A stretch of 53,955 bases of DNA from NCBI GenBank assembly GCA_045863395.1, contig BTVJ01000048.1, forward strand, positions 1 through 53,955, read 5' to 3'. The stretch comes from Myxococcales bacterium. GTDB taxonomy: Bacteria > Myxococcota_A > UBA9042 > JABWCM01 > BTVJ01. Positions 19,042 to 30,200 of the stretch are shown piece by piece (positions within the stretch are counted from its first letter, which is position 1; each line of letters opens with the position of its first letter). Made by a program: the position numbers and the translations under genes. The notes beneath the pieces are model-generated. The model saw only the letters and a list, made by a program, of their open reading frames with translations, was not told where the DNA came from and made no database searches.

Positions 19042-20523
19042 TCAGCGCGGCGAGACGCCGTGGCGCTTGAGCATGCGATAGAGCGCATAGCGGCTCGGGA
19101 GCCCGAGGGTCCGCCACGCCTGTGAGACATTGCCCCCGTTGGCGGACAGCACCGCGCGGATCTCCTCCACGGTCGGATCGTCCCTCTGCGGCTGCGGCGC
19201 GTCGAGGGGGACGGTGCGCAGGGAGAGCCGCGAGCGCACCTCGTCGGTCAGCGCGAGCTCGCCGTTGCTCGACGCGATCGCGGCCCACAGCAGGGCGCCC
19301 AGCTCTCGCACGTGTGTCGACCAGCCATGGCGCAGGAGGGCCTCGACGAGGTCTGGTCCCAGGCGGGGATGGGCACGCTCGCCGTCCCAGTCTCGATGGA
19401 GGGCAGGGCCGATGGACGGGTTCTCCCGCGCCGCCTGGGCGAGCAGGTGCCGCATGAGCAAGGGCACGTCCTCGAGCCTGGCACCCAGGGGCGGCACCTC
19501 GATTCGCAGGGGGAGGCGGGCGAGCAGCTCCTCCCGGAGGTTGGTCGGGTCCCGGTTCGTGGCGGCGATCAGCCGCAGCGCCGCGTGCCGCGCCGTGGAG
19601 TCGCCGAGCCGCTGGTACTCGCCGGCGTCCAGCACGCGCAGCAGGTGGGCCTGGAGGTCCGCGGGCAGCTCCCCCACCTCGTCCAGGAGCAGCGTGGAGC
19701 CGTCCGCCTCGCCGATGAGGCCCTTCCGTTCTCGCATCCCGGCGTTCGGGTAGTCCCGCACGTTTCCGAAGAGCTCTGCGTCCACGAGGGTCGCCGGGAT
19801 CGTCGCCGCGTTGCGCGCGACGATGGGCCTGTCTGAACGCTCCGAGAGGCGGTGGATCGCCTGCGCCGCGAGCTCCTTGCCCGTCCCGCTGGCGCCCGAG
19901 ACGAGGACGTGCGGGAGCAGCCGGGCGACGAAGGCGAGGCGGTCGCGCAGCGCCCACATGGCGGGGCTCTCACCGACGAGGCCGACGGCGTCCGGCTCGC
20001 CGAAGCCACGGGTTGCGTCGGGGGGCCAGTGGACCAGTGGTGGGATGGCTGTCGGTCGCTGAACGCACAGCAGGACGAGCTGCCCCTCCAGGTGGATGAC
20101 GCTTCCCGGCGGAACGAGGGCGCGTCGCGTCCGCTGGCCATCGACGAGCAGCGGGCAGAGGCCCACGGACTCCACCGCGACGGCCTCTCCCGCCTGCCAG
20201 ACCCGTAGCTGCCGGTGGGAGATTCGCGGCCGCCAGAGCGGCCCCGTGTCGGTCGTCTCGCCGGGGCGCTGGCGAGCGAACCGCAGGCCGTTGGCCAGGC
20301 CGCGGCCAAGCAGCACGGGCTCCGTAGGGACGGTGGCCGCCTCGCCCACCCGGCTCGGCTCTTCGCCGCACCATGCGATGACCAGCGCCGTGCGGCGCTG
20401 TCCTCGTGATTCGAACTCGGGAGTCTCCATGCCGACGCTCCGAGCCGCCTCGCACCGGCCGCGCTCAGCGGGTGGAACCAGGACGTTCTGCGTGGCGGCG
20501 CCGGGCCTCCGCGTGCCGGTCAC
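19042..20523 (-). CDS. FHA-like + AAA+ + Fis-HTH enhancer-binding protein lacking GAFTGA
   Basis: LGRG..ISHRQL (FHA-like), Walker A GASGTGKE, Walker B LLLDEVGE, AATNRD, PPL..R.ED, C-terminal GNVSQAWRTLGLPSRYALYR. Confidence 0.9.
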   Translation of the reverse strand: MTGTRRPGAATQNVLVPPAERGRCEAARSVGMETPEFESRGQRRTALVIAWCGEEPSRVGEAATVPTEPVLLGRGLANGLRFARQRPGETTDTGPLWRPRISHRQLRVWQAGEAVAVESVGLCPLLVDGQRTRRALVPPGSVIHLEGQLVLLCVQRPTAIPPLVHWPPDATRGFGEPDAVGLVGESPAMWALRDRLAFVARLLPHVLVSGASGTGKELAAQAIHRLSERSDRPIVARNAATIPATLVDAELFGNVRDYPNAGMRERKGLIGEADGSTLLLDEVGELPADLQAHLLRVLDAGEYQRLGDSTARHAALRLIAATNRDPTNLREELLARLPLRIEVPPLGARLEDVPLLMRHLLAQAARENPSIGPALHRDWDGERAHPRLGPDLVEALLRHGWSTHVRELGALLWAAIASSNGELALTDEVRSRLSLRTVPLDAPQPQRDDPTVEEIRAVLSANGGNVSQAWRTLGLPSRYALYRMLKRHGVSPR

Positions 20524-20571
20524 TCGCGCTCCTCACCCCACCAGACACGGATAGGAGCGCCCGGCGGTGGG

Positions 20572-21666
20572 TCAAGCTCGTGCCCGGGCGCCGAGCTGGC
20601 CGCACGCGCCGACGACCTCCCGCCCGCGCGGCCAGCGGACCTTGATCAGGAGGCCGGCCGCCCGCAGCGTCGCGGCGACGCGGTCCACCTCGGCGGTCTC
20701 GGGTGGCTGGAACGGCGCCGAGGGGAACGGGTTGAACGGGATCAGGTTGACCACGCAGCGCAGACCCTGCGTGAACGCCACCAGCCCGTCCAGGTCGTCC
20801 GGGCCGTCGTTGACGCCAGGGAGCACCACGTACTCGAGCATCAGGGCGCGGTTTCCCGGCAGCGGCCAGGCGCCACAGGCCTCCCGCAGGCTCGCCAGGT
20901 TCCACCGGGCCGCGACGGGGATGAGGCGCCTGCGGGTCGCGTCCGTGCCGGCGTGCAGGCTGATGGCGAGCTGCACGCGCCCACCGAAGTCCGTCGCCAG
21001 CTCCGCGATGCGAGGCACGATGCCCACCGTCGACACCGTCACGCGCTGTGCGTCGAGGCGAGGGCCGCTCTTGTCGAGGAGGATCCGGGTGGCGTCGCGG
21101 GTCGCGGGGTAGTCGTGGAGAGGCTCGCCCATGCCCATGAACACGACGTGGGTGACCTCTGCGCCGCGCGCTGCCGCGTAGGCACTGGCGGCGTGGTGCT
21201 GGGCGACGATCTCGGCGGCGTGGAGGCTCCGGGTGAGCCCCAGGGCGCCCGTGGCGCAGAAGGCGCACGCCATGGCGCAGCCCGCCTGGGTCGACACGCA
21301 CAGGGTGGTCCGGCCAGCACGCATGGGGATCAGCACGGCCTCCACCCGCGCGTCCCCGAGGCGCAGCGCCAGCTTCTCGGTGCCATCGGGCGCCGCGACG
21401 GCCTCCTCGATGGTCGCCTCGTCCACGTGCGCCGCTGCCCGGATGGTGGCTGCGTGCCTCGGGCCCAGGTTCGGGATGGCCTCCAGCGCCGTCCCCCGGC
21501 GGTGCAGGGCCAGGAACACGCGCCCCGCGTGCGTGGCCCCGACCCCGACGTCGTCGAGGAAGCGGCGCAGCTCTGGCATGGGCATGCCCAGTAGGCGGGG
21601 CACAGGGCGCGCGAGGGGCCCGGTGGTGACCCCCACATGCGCCCGGGCGAAGGCGTCCTGGCTCAT
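20572..21666 (-). CDS. rlmN: RlmN-family radical SAM RNA methyltransferase
   Basis: CVSTQAGCAMACAFC, MGMGEP, TVSTVG, ISLHA, EYV..PGVND, NLIPFNP, GACGQL; ATGA overlap with the upstream gene. Confidence 0.93.
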   Translation of the reverse strand: MSQDAFARAHVGVTTGPLARPVPRLLGMPMPELRRFLDDVGVGATHAGRVFLALHRRGTALEAIPNLGPRHAATIRAAAHVDEATIEEAVAAPDGTEKLALRLGDARVEAVLIPMRAGRTTLCVSTQAGCAMACAFCATGALGLTRSLHAAEIVAQHHAASAYAAARGAEVTHVVFMGMGEPLHDYPATRDATRILLDKSGPRLDAQRVTVSTVGIVPRIAELATDFGGRVQLAISLHAGTDATRRRLIPVAARWNLASLREACGAWPLPGNRALMLEYVVLPGVNDGPDDLDGLVAFTQGLRCVVNLIPFNPFPSAPFQPPETAEVDRVAATLRAAGLLIKVRWPRGREVVGACGQLGARARA

Positions 21667-24440
21667 GGGCAGGCCGGGAGGTTCTCGCAGGCGCCGCTCA
21701 CGGGGTTGCAGGCGTCCTGCGTGCACAGGTCTCCGTCGTCGCAGTCGGCCGCGACGTGAGCGCACACGCCGCCGGTGCAGGTGTCGTCGGTGCAGGGGTC
21801 TCCGTCGTCGCAGTCCCCGTGGGAGGAGCAGCCGGCGCACGGGGCGACTGGGGCCGACTGGCACTCCCAGAACCCGTCCGGTGCCGCCACGCAGGCGTCC
21901 GTCGTGCATGGATCGCCGTCGCCGCAGCTCACCGGAGCCGCGATGCACGCGCCCGTGAGCCCGTCACACCCGGCGACGGAGCACGGGGTCGCCGGGCAGT
22001 CCGGCGGCGCGTGCACGCACACACCGCCGGCGCAGCCGTCCACCGTGCATAGGAGCCCGTCGTCGCAATCTGCCGCCGTCGCGCAGAGGGCGCAGTCGGG
22101 CACGGGCTCGTGGGCGCAGGCGCAGCCGCTCGACTGGTCGAGGGTGCAGGGGTCGCCGTCGTCGCAGCCAGGGGCCGTGTTGGAGCAGGACCCGGCCACG
22201 CAGACGTCCTCGGTGCAGCCCTCGCCGTCGTCGCAGTCGGCGTCGTCCTCGCAAGCGGCGCAGCCCGGGAGGGAGGCGTAGGTGCAGGCGCCGTCTGGCA
22301 GGCACGCCGCGAGGGTGCAGGCATCGGGCGCCTCGCAGCGGGGCAGGGCGACGCAGCCGAGGGTGGGGTCACACTCCGCGTCCGTGCAGGGGTCGTTGTC
22401 GAAGCAGAGCACCGGCTCGGCGGCGCAGGAGCCCGTCGTGGGGTCGCAGGCGTCCGCCGTACACGGGTCGTTGTCGTCGCAGGGCACGGGCAGGAGCAGG
22501 CAGCCCAGCGTGGGGTCGCACAGGGCGACCTGGCAGGGGCCACCCGCAGGGCACTCGAGGGGTGACGTCGAACACGCACCCGTCGCGGGGTCGCACGTCC
22601 CCGCCGTGCAGGGCCCGCTGCCAGGGCAGCTCAGGGGAGTGGCGACGCAGCCTGCGCCCGCGAGGCAGGCGTCCACCGTGCATGGGTTGCCGTCGTCGCA
22701 GCTCGCCGCCATGTGGGCGCAGCCCCCCGCGCCGCAGGTGTCGGTGGTGCACGGGTCGCCGTCGTCGCATGCGCTGACGTGGCCGCACCCACTCGCCGGG
22801 TCGCAGGCGTCCGTGGTGCAGACGTCGCCGTCGTCGCAGGCCGATGGGGAGTAGGAGCAGGCACCCGCGAGGCACGCGTCGTCCGTGCAGCCGTTGCCGT
22901 CGTCGCAGCCGAGGGGGGTGTGTGCGCAGCCGCCGACTCCCTGGCACGCGTCGATGGTGCAGGGGTCGCCGTCTTCGCATCCCGAGGAGGTGATCACGCA
23001 GCCGGCGAGGGCGTCGCAGGCCGCCTCGGCGCAGGGCGGGGCGTCGCAGACCACCGCTCCGTGCTGGCACGCGCCTCCGAGGCAACTGTCGGTCGAGCAA
23101 GGGTCCCCGTCGTCGCACGGGAGCGGCGTGTGGGTGCAGCCCAACGCCTTGGAGCAGGCGTCCGAGCTGCAGGCGTCGCCGTCGTCGCAGGCCTTCGCGA
23201 GGTGCGCGCACGCTCCACCAGGACCGCAGGAGTCCTCGGTGCAGGCGTCGCCGTCGTCGCAGGCCTTCGCGAGGTGCTGGCACGACCCGGTGCCCGGGTG
23301 GCAGCCGTCGAGGGTGCACGGGTCTCCGTCGTCGCAGGGCGTCGGCGTGTGAGCGCAGCCGGATGCCCCGACGCAGGCGCTGGTCGTGCAGGGGTCGCCG
23401 TCGTCGCACGGGAGCCCGAGATGGGTGCAGCCGGTGCCGGGGTCGCAGGCGTCCTCCGTGCACGCGTCGCCGTCGTCGCAGCCCACGGGTGCGGACGTGC
23501 AGCCGAAGCCCCCCACGCAGGCGTCCTCCGTGCAGGGGTTCAGGTCGTCACACTGGGAAGGGGCATACGTGCACGTGCCCGCCGCGCAGGACTCCACCGT
23601 GCAGGGATCGCCGTCGTCGCAGTCCAGGGAGCCCTTGCACGCGGCGCACCCAGAGACCGGGGCGTGCTCGCACACGCCCGCGATGCAGGCGTCGGTTGTG
23701 CAGGGGTCGCCGTCATTGCAGGAGACCGGCGTGGCGACGCACCCGCTGGCAGGCAGGCAGGCGTCGGTGGTGCATGGGTCGCCGTCGTTGCACGAGATGG
23801 GGGTCGCCTCACAGCCGATTCCCGGCGCGCAGGCTGCCGTGTGGCAGGCGTCCAGAGGGTCGCAGTCCACGGCGCCGTCCGAGACGCACGCGCCGCCCGC
23901 GCAGGTGCCGCCGGTGCAGGGGTCGCCGTCGTCGCAGGGGACGCCGTCCGTGTCCACCGCAGCGCACTGACCGCCGACGCACGCCGCGGCCTTGCATGGA
24001 CCGAGCGGGCCCAGAGCCTCCTGACACGCCGCGATGGAGCACGGGCTCGCATCCTCTGCGTCCCCTGTGTCTGGGGTGGTCGCGTCCGGCGGGCTCGCCG
24101 CGTCGCCGGCGCTGGCGTCGGCGTCGGTCGCGTCGGGTGGACTCATCGCGTCGATCGCGCTGCCATCCGGGTCGCTCGCCCCTGCGTCGTCCGCCCCAGC
24201 GTCGTCCGCCCCGCCGGTGTCTCCCGTGGGTCCTCCGTCGGGGCCCTGCGCATCGTCTCCCACGTCGGCACTGCCGGAGTCGCCCTCCGCCGCCCCCCCG
24301 TCCGCCCCGGTGTCACCCGGCTGCGTGTCCCCGGACTGGCCGGCGTCCACGTCACCCCCAGTGAAGGGCGCCGGGGTCGACTCCACGGCGCACCCGCTGC
24401 CCAGCGCGATCATCACTGCGAGTATCGCTCGTCCGAACAT
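21663..24440 (-). CDS. Cys-rich repeat lipoprotein (CDDGDPCTxDxC repeats)
   Basis: Lipobox LGSG-C; D/A/G-rich linker; more than 20 CDDG.PCT.D.C repeats. Confidence 0.9.
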   Translation of the reverse strand: MFGRAILAVMIALGSGCAVESTPAPFTGGDVDAGQSGDTQPGDTGADGGAAEGDSGSADVGDDAQGPDGGPTGDTGGADDAGADDAGASDPDGSAIDAMSPPDATDADASAGDAASPPDATTPDTGDAEDASPCSIAACQEALGPLGPCKAAACVGGQCAAVDTDGVPCDDGDPCTGGTCAGGACVSDGAVDCDPLDACHTAACAPGIGCEATPISCNDGDPCTTDACLPASGCVATPVSCNDGDPCTTDACIAGVCEHAPVSGCAACKGSLDCDDGDPCTVESCAAGTCTYAPSQCDDLNPCTEDACVGGFGCTSAPVGCDDGDACTEDACDPGTGCTHLGLPCDDGDPCTTSACVGASGCAHTPTPCDDGDPCTLDGCHPGTGSCQHLAKACDDGDACTEDSCGPGGACAHLAKACDDGDACSSDACSKALGCTHTPLPCDDGDPCSTDSCLGGACQHGAVVCDAPPCAEAACDALAGCVITSSGCEDGDPCTIDACQGVGGCAHTPLGCDDGNGCTDDACLAGACSYSPSACDDGDVCTTDACDPASGCGHVSACDDGDPCTTDTCGAGGCAHMAASCDDGNPCTVDACLAGAGCVATPLSCPGSGPCTAGTCDPATGACSTSPLECPAGGPCQVALCDPTLGCLLLPVPCDDNDPCTADACDPTTGSCAAEPVLCFDNDPCTDAECDPTLGCVALPRCEAPDACTLAACLPDGACTYASLPGCAACEDDADCDDGEGCTEDVCVAGSCSNTAPGCDDGDPCTLDQSSGCACAHEPVPDCALCATAADCDDGLLCTVDGCAGGVCVHAPPDCPATPCSVAGCDGLTGACIAAPVSCGDGDPCTTDACVAAPDGFWECQSAPVAPCAGCSSHGDCDDGDPCTDDTCTGGVCAHVAADCDDGDLCTQDACNPVSGACENLPACP

Positions 24441-24448
24441 CCCGCGCA

Positions 24449-26788
24449 CTACCAGCTCCTCGTGGGCGCCGGGGTGAAGTCCGCGTTGGCCCGGTAGCGC
24501 ACCACGTAGGTGTAGTGGACGTTGGAGCCGCACTGGGGGTTGACCGAGAGCCGGATCATGAACCCGTCGCCGATGTGGAGGTTGTTGTAGTTCCCCTGCG
24601 CAGAGCCGCTCCACAGGTTGACCTTCTGGCTGGTGCCGAAGGACTCGATCTTGTGGGAGCTCAGCTTGTCGCCCGCCATGACCACCCACCGGGACAGGTC
24701 GTAGTAGCCCCCCTGGTCGTAGCCACGGTGGGACCCGTAGACGGTGATGTCGATGAAGGTCCCGTAGTGGCTGTTGCGGATGGTGCCGATGTCTACGTAC
24801 TTCGTGGGGTCCGTACAGGCGGACCAGTTGCCCGGCCCCTGGATGGTGCCCGAGAACTCCCGCACGTACTCGCTGGTCTGGGTGACCTTCGCTGCCGCGT
24901 CCACCTTGAAGGTCGGCCCCACGTCCAACGTGGCCGTCGGGCTGAGCTGGCCGATGCCCACGTTGCCGTTGGACAGGATGGTCAGCTTCGTCGATCCGTT
25001 GTAGTTGCGGATGCCCGCGTGGGGGTTCGGGTCCGTCCCCTCGTGGTAGCCGATGTCGAGGAACGTGCTGTTGACGCCCGCCGTGCCGATGGCCCAGTGC
25101 TTGTGGGTGGTGCTCGACCCGCTGTCGTAGCTGCCGAGCATCAGCGTCGGGCCATGGTTGACGTTGGCCACCTGGCTCATCAGCACCACTTGCGGATACT
25201 GGCCGGTCAGGCCGAGGCTGGGGCGGTCATTGCCGTCGACCATGATGGGGTTCGTCCCCACCGCCGTGCCCGCGATGTGGAGCTTGCCGAGGGGGGTCGT
25301 CGTCCCCAGCCCCAGATTGCCCGTGGGGCCCAGCGCCATGACGGGGGCGTTGTTGATGCGCCACTCGGCCGCCGTCCCCGAGGTCTTGGACTGCGCCATG
25401 GGCCCGACGATGGCGTTCATCTCGCTGTCTCACGCGCCCAGGTTCGTCACGATGCGCGAGCCGCCCTGGAGCCACAGCTCGTCGCTGTGGACGGACCCGT
25501 GGGGGTCGTTGAAGACGCCCAGGGTCATGCGCAGGTCCTCGGTGGTGTTCGTCAGGGTCTGCTCCGAGTCGTCCTGCACGAGCAGGAAGCCCCGGTCGGA
25601 CCCCTCGTTGACCTTCGAGTGCCAGTTCATGAGCATGTGGCCGTCGGGGGTGGTGTGGTGGAAGTTGGCGATGGTGCCCTCCGCGGTCTGCTCGAAGGTC
25701 CCCACCAGGTCCAGGGTCGCGCTGGGGCTCGCCGCGCCGATGCCGACGCTCGCCGTGGTGGTCACGGTGCCCGTACCGTCGGTCCAGCGGCTCGTCCCGG
25801 ATGGGCCCGCGGGCCCCTGAGGCCCCTGGGGTCCTTGCGCGCCCTGGGGCCCTTGTGGTCCCTGCACGCCCTGCGGCCCCTGGGGTCCGGCAGGTCCGAC
25901 CAGCCCTGTGGGGTCCCCCACCCACTGCCCCGTGGCGTCGATGACCAAGCCCCCGCCGATGCTCAAGCCACCCAGGAGATCCAGGCGCCCCGCCGGGCTG
26001 AGCCGCGCCAGCGTCCCGCCGTGCTCGAAGGAGAGCCCCGACGCCAGGTCCTCGGCCAGCGTCCACATGGCGCCGTCGGTCGCTGCGTCGACCAGCCGGA
26101 GCGCTCCGACGCGGACGGCGCCGGCCAGCACGGCGTTGGCGGCGATCTCGCCACCGTCCACGCAGCCCGTGCACGCCAGGTTGCTCGCGGGGCCGCCCTT
26201 GCTCGCGCTGCCCGCATAGTTGAAGGCCACGTCGTCCGCCGACACGCCGCCGTCCTGGAGGTGGGTGGCGTTGATGCTCCCCGGGGCGATGTCCGTGGCG
26301 CCCACGCACCCGGTGCAGGCCAGGTCGGGGGGAGCACACTCCCACCCGTTGGCGCCGTAGCGCAGGGAGTGGCTCACCGTGCAGGTGAGCGCGAGCGTCT
26401 CCGCGGAGCGGGCGTTGTCGGCCCAGAGGGAGAGCGGGGTCGCGTGCAGGCGCTTGCGCGGCAGCTCGGCGGCCCCATCGACGGCGGTGCCCACCCAGAG
26501 CTCCTGGTTGGCGGCGATCACGTCGGCGAGCGCCGCCCCGCTCGGGTTCTGCCCTACCGTCAGAGAGAACAGGCCCCCCTGCACCTGGACGCCGGCGAAG
26601 GACTCAGCGTAGAGCGCGGTGGGGGCCGCCTCCGTGGCGTAGAGCTTGAGGGCAACGGCAAAGCTGCCGTTGGCCGGTGCGCCCCCTGCCGTGAGGAGCT
26701 GCCCCTCGAAGAGGATGGTCGCGGGGGCCGCGACCGCCGGGGCGGCTACGGACAGGAGCATAATGGCGACAAGGACGGCTCGCTTCAT
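24449..26788 (-). pseudogene. Secreted collagen-like / tail-fibre-like protein interrupted by an in-frame TGA at 25432-25430
   Basis: GGAGG + signal MKRAVLVAIMLLSVAAPAVA, ILFEGQL, GPQ collagen triplets; VGIG/LGLGTTTP fibre repeats in both ORFs (25430..26788 and 24449..25420), which share one frame. Confidence 0.7.
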
Positions 26789-26841
26789 TGAGGGCCTCCA
26801 GCAGGGGCTTTGCGCGGGCTGGTGGGGGTTCACCGACCGTC

Positions 26842-26871
26842 ACCCTAGACGCGGCGGATCGCGTCCGTCAA
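26842..26871 (-). promoter_or_regulatory. Sigma70-like promoter of the fibre gene
   Basis: TTGACG-N18-TAGGGT on the minus strand, about 54 bp before the ATG. Confidence 0.5.
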
Positions 26872-26902
26872 TTCCAGGTTGGGGAGTGGGTGTGACCGAG
26901 GC

Positions 26903-27208
26903 TCAGCGGTTGAAGGGCGGCGAGCGATCCTCGATGAGGTGGTTGAGGGCTTGCACCAGCACGCCCGTCGACGGCGCGACCCGGACCGTGTCGAGGCCGG
27001 CCACATCCCCGAAGCCGGCGTCCCGGAGCGCCGCCGCCAGCGAGGCGTCCTCACGGCAGGCCTTCTGAAGCTGGCGGAGCTGTTTCACCTCGTCGAGCTG
27101 GTTGTCCCCCAGCTCGCGGATGCGCATCGCCAGGCGGCGCATCACGGGCGTCCCGTCGAACGCCACCAGCACCTCTCTCAGTCTTCCCAGCGCCATCTGT
27201 TCGTCCAT
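26903..27208 (-). CDS. Hypothetical protein
   Basis: AGGAGG before ATG 27208; 101-aa helical ORF directly after the protease gene. Confidence 0.65.
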   Translation of the reverse strand: MDEQMALGRLREVLVAFDGTPVMRRLAMRIRELGDNQLDEVKQLRQLQKACREDASLAAALRDAGFGDVAGLDTVRVAPSTGVLVQALNHLIEDRSPPFNR

Positions 27209-27225
27209 GGTCCCTCCTGGGCGTG

Positions 27226-30200
27226 TCACCGCGTGCGATCACAGGTGCCGGTGACCCGCCGCCGCGCCCGACCCAGGATCGCCAGCCCCGCGGCCAGGGC
27301 GAGCCAGGGCGTGGACGGTCCAGGGGTGGACCCGCAGCCTGATGAGGAGGCCTGCGGGGGCTCCTCCTGAGTCGCGTCCTCTGTGTTCGCCGGAGCCTGG
27401 GCGTCCGGTGCGGCGCTCCCACTCCCCAGGTCTGGCGACGCGCCGGCGTCACTGGGTCCCGGCGGATCTGGCTTGACCTCCGCGACCACCGCGACCGGGA
27501 GGGAGCACACCACCTCGGCCTGCTGGCCCGCACTGTCAGTGGCAACGAGGCGCACTCGCACCTCGGTGGCTCCCTCCTCGATGTACGTCACGCGCAGGCC
27601 GCCGTCGAGCCACACCTCGCAGCCCGTCGCGACGTCCTGCGCGCCGACGCACGCCACCTCGACGATCTCCACGGCGGCCCCGCAGGCTACCTCGATGGCA
27701 CCCACCCAGGGCAGCTCTCCGCGCACCAGCGGCTCAGCCACCGGGCACTCCACCCTCGGCAGCTCCTCAGGCACGCCCACGACCGCCGACGTACACTGGT
27801 GGGTGCGGCCCAGGTCGTCGCGGAACCGCACCACCACGTCCGTCTTGCCCGGGCCCACCGACGTAGGCTCCAGCGCCTCCGGGGCGACGTCCAGCGCGCA
27901 CTCCCCCACCGCGGCGGTCCCGGCGCCGAGCGCCTCCAGCGCCAGGGGCGCCACGCACTCGCCCGCCGGGATGGGGACGCTCACCTGCTTCGCGCACAGG
28001 CCGCTCACGTCCACGGAGGGGGCGTGGATCACGTCGGCCTCGCCGAGGCCGGGCGCACCCTCGTGCAGCAGCAGGAGGCCAGCGCTCCCGTCGGCACAGG
28101 TGGGTGGCGTCCCGAGCTTCACCGAGAGGGGTCCCGCCACTGCGAATCCCCGTGGCTCGGCGGTCCACTCGGCGCAGGGTCCACCGAACACCAGGGGGGC
28201 CTGCTGCGACCCGAGCCACGTCAGGTTCAGGGTGTCCGGCACCAGGTCCACGCCCCCCTCGGCGGAGGCGGACACCACCCACAGGCGCACGCCGCCAGGC
28301 TCGGAGAGGCCGAGCCAGGGCAAAGGTACGGTGAGCACCAGGCGGGTGGTGAGCAGGTCCGAGATCACGTACTTCTGGTCCACGAGCGCCGGGTCCTTCC
28401 CCGGGGCCAGCGCGAACAGGACCCCCACCGGGCGCCCGGTGGCGGTGGTGCCGTACTGCCAGTCGTCGAAGCGGACGGCGAGGAGGAAGTCCGCCACTCC
28501 GTCGAGGGTGGTGTCCAGGTAGATCTGCACTCCCGCGCGGGCCGGGTGCAGCCGGAGCCCCCAGGTGACCAGCGCGAGCTGGAGCGATCCATCGGTCCAC
28601 CGCGCCCCCACCGCGCGCAGGTCGGCGCTGTCCTCCAGGGCAGGCTCGTCCTTGTCCTCCGCGAGGAGCGTGAACTGCTCCGTCCAGCCCTCCACGACGC
28701 CGACGTTGGTCAGCGACAGCTTCGGCCCGCCGGGTGACAGGCACGCGTCGGTCACCTGAACGGCGGCGGAGGGGCGTACCAGCCCGTAGACCGGGACGTG
28801 GAGCAGCTCGCCCCCGCCCTCGAGCACCACCGCGCCCGCGATCTCCACTCCACCCAGCGCCGCCGCCTCATGTACGTGGACGGCGTCCGCCGTCCGGTTG
28901 CCGAGGCCCCAGGGCGTCAGCTCGGTGGGGTCCAGCGCCACGGTGACCGCGAGGGTCCCGGTTGTGCCCGGCTCCACCGTCACCGACGGCTCCACCGCCA
29001 CCGTCGCGCCGGCCTTGGGCGCGCCCCGCCACGCGAAGGTCGCAGTCAGCGTCACGGTCTCGCTGCCGCGGTTGTGGACCTGCACGGTCCGCGAGACGGT
29101 GGTAGGACCCACCGGTGCCAGGTGCCCCAGATCTACCGCCACGGAGGGGCCTCCGACCGCGATGAGACCCCCGGAGGTCGCCGCGACGGCATCCACCCGG
29201 CCAGCCCCGGCCCAGCTCGCCGGCGCGTCCGGGCCCTTCGCCAGGGTCGCAGGGCTCTCCAAGACCCAGGCGGGCGCGGCCGTCGTCACCAGGCGCGCCT
29301 TGATGTCCCGTGGGCTCCAGTCCGGGTGGGCCTGCCGGAGCAGCGCCGCGAGTCCCGCCACGTGCGGGGACGCCATGGACGTCCCTGTCTTGGAGCGCAG
29401 CTTGTCGCCCGTGCCCGCCCGCGCCGCGCGGATGTGCGTGCCGGGCGCCGCGACGTCGGGCTTTGCGATGACGCCCTCCGCCGCGAGCCCGGGCCCGCGG
29501 CTCGACGACCAGCTCATCGCGTCGGCAAGCAGGGGGTTCGGGAGCCCCGCCCCCACCGTCACCACCACCGTGGCGCCCCCCACCACCGCAGCCCGGATGA
29601 CCTCCCCCGTCTCCTTCCACAGCATCACGGCGGGGATCTTCGACGCCGGCGAGCCACTCATGGCGATGGGCTCCCCGGCCTCGTTGTTGACCACCACCGC
29701 CCCGATGGCCCCCGCGCTCGCGGCGTTGGCGAGCTTCGTCGCGAACGTGCAGTCGCCGCGGTCCACGAGCGCGATGGCGCCCTCCACCTCGTTCGGGAAG
29801 TCCGCCTTCGCGCACCCCTCTCCAGCGTAGACGAGCCCCCCGGTGAGCGGCCCCACGGCCGCGAGCTGGGGCGCGAACTGCTTGCTCGCCTGGCGTGCCG
29901 GGAAGGAGCCGGCGAGGCCCTCCGGCTCCTCCACCACCACGAAGGTCCCCACCTCACCCGGGCCGTAGGTGTTCGCCACGGAGATCACGGTCGGATACAC
30001 CGCCGGGGCGGCGTGGATGAACGGGATGTTCCCCTCGTTGCCGGCGGCCGCCACCACCACCCCACCGAGGTCCACGAAGGCGTCGAGGGCGAGCTGGTCC
30101 GCCGTCACTTCGGCCTTGCCGCCGTACTGGGACCCGAGCGACAGGTTCAGCACGTCCAGCGCGTCGGACAGGTCCCCGTCCCCGTTGGGATCCGAGGCCC

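Noticed and set aside
20572..21666. Cfr antibiotic-resistance methyltransferase
   Set aside because: MGMGEP and ISLHA are RlmN-type and there is no mobile context.
25790..25900. Prophage inferred from the collagen/tail-fibre-like gene
   Set aside because: The gene has a Sec signal peptide and no other phage genes are present.
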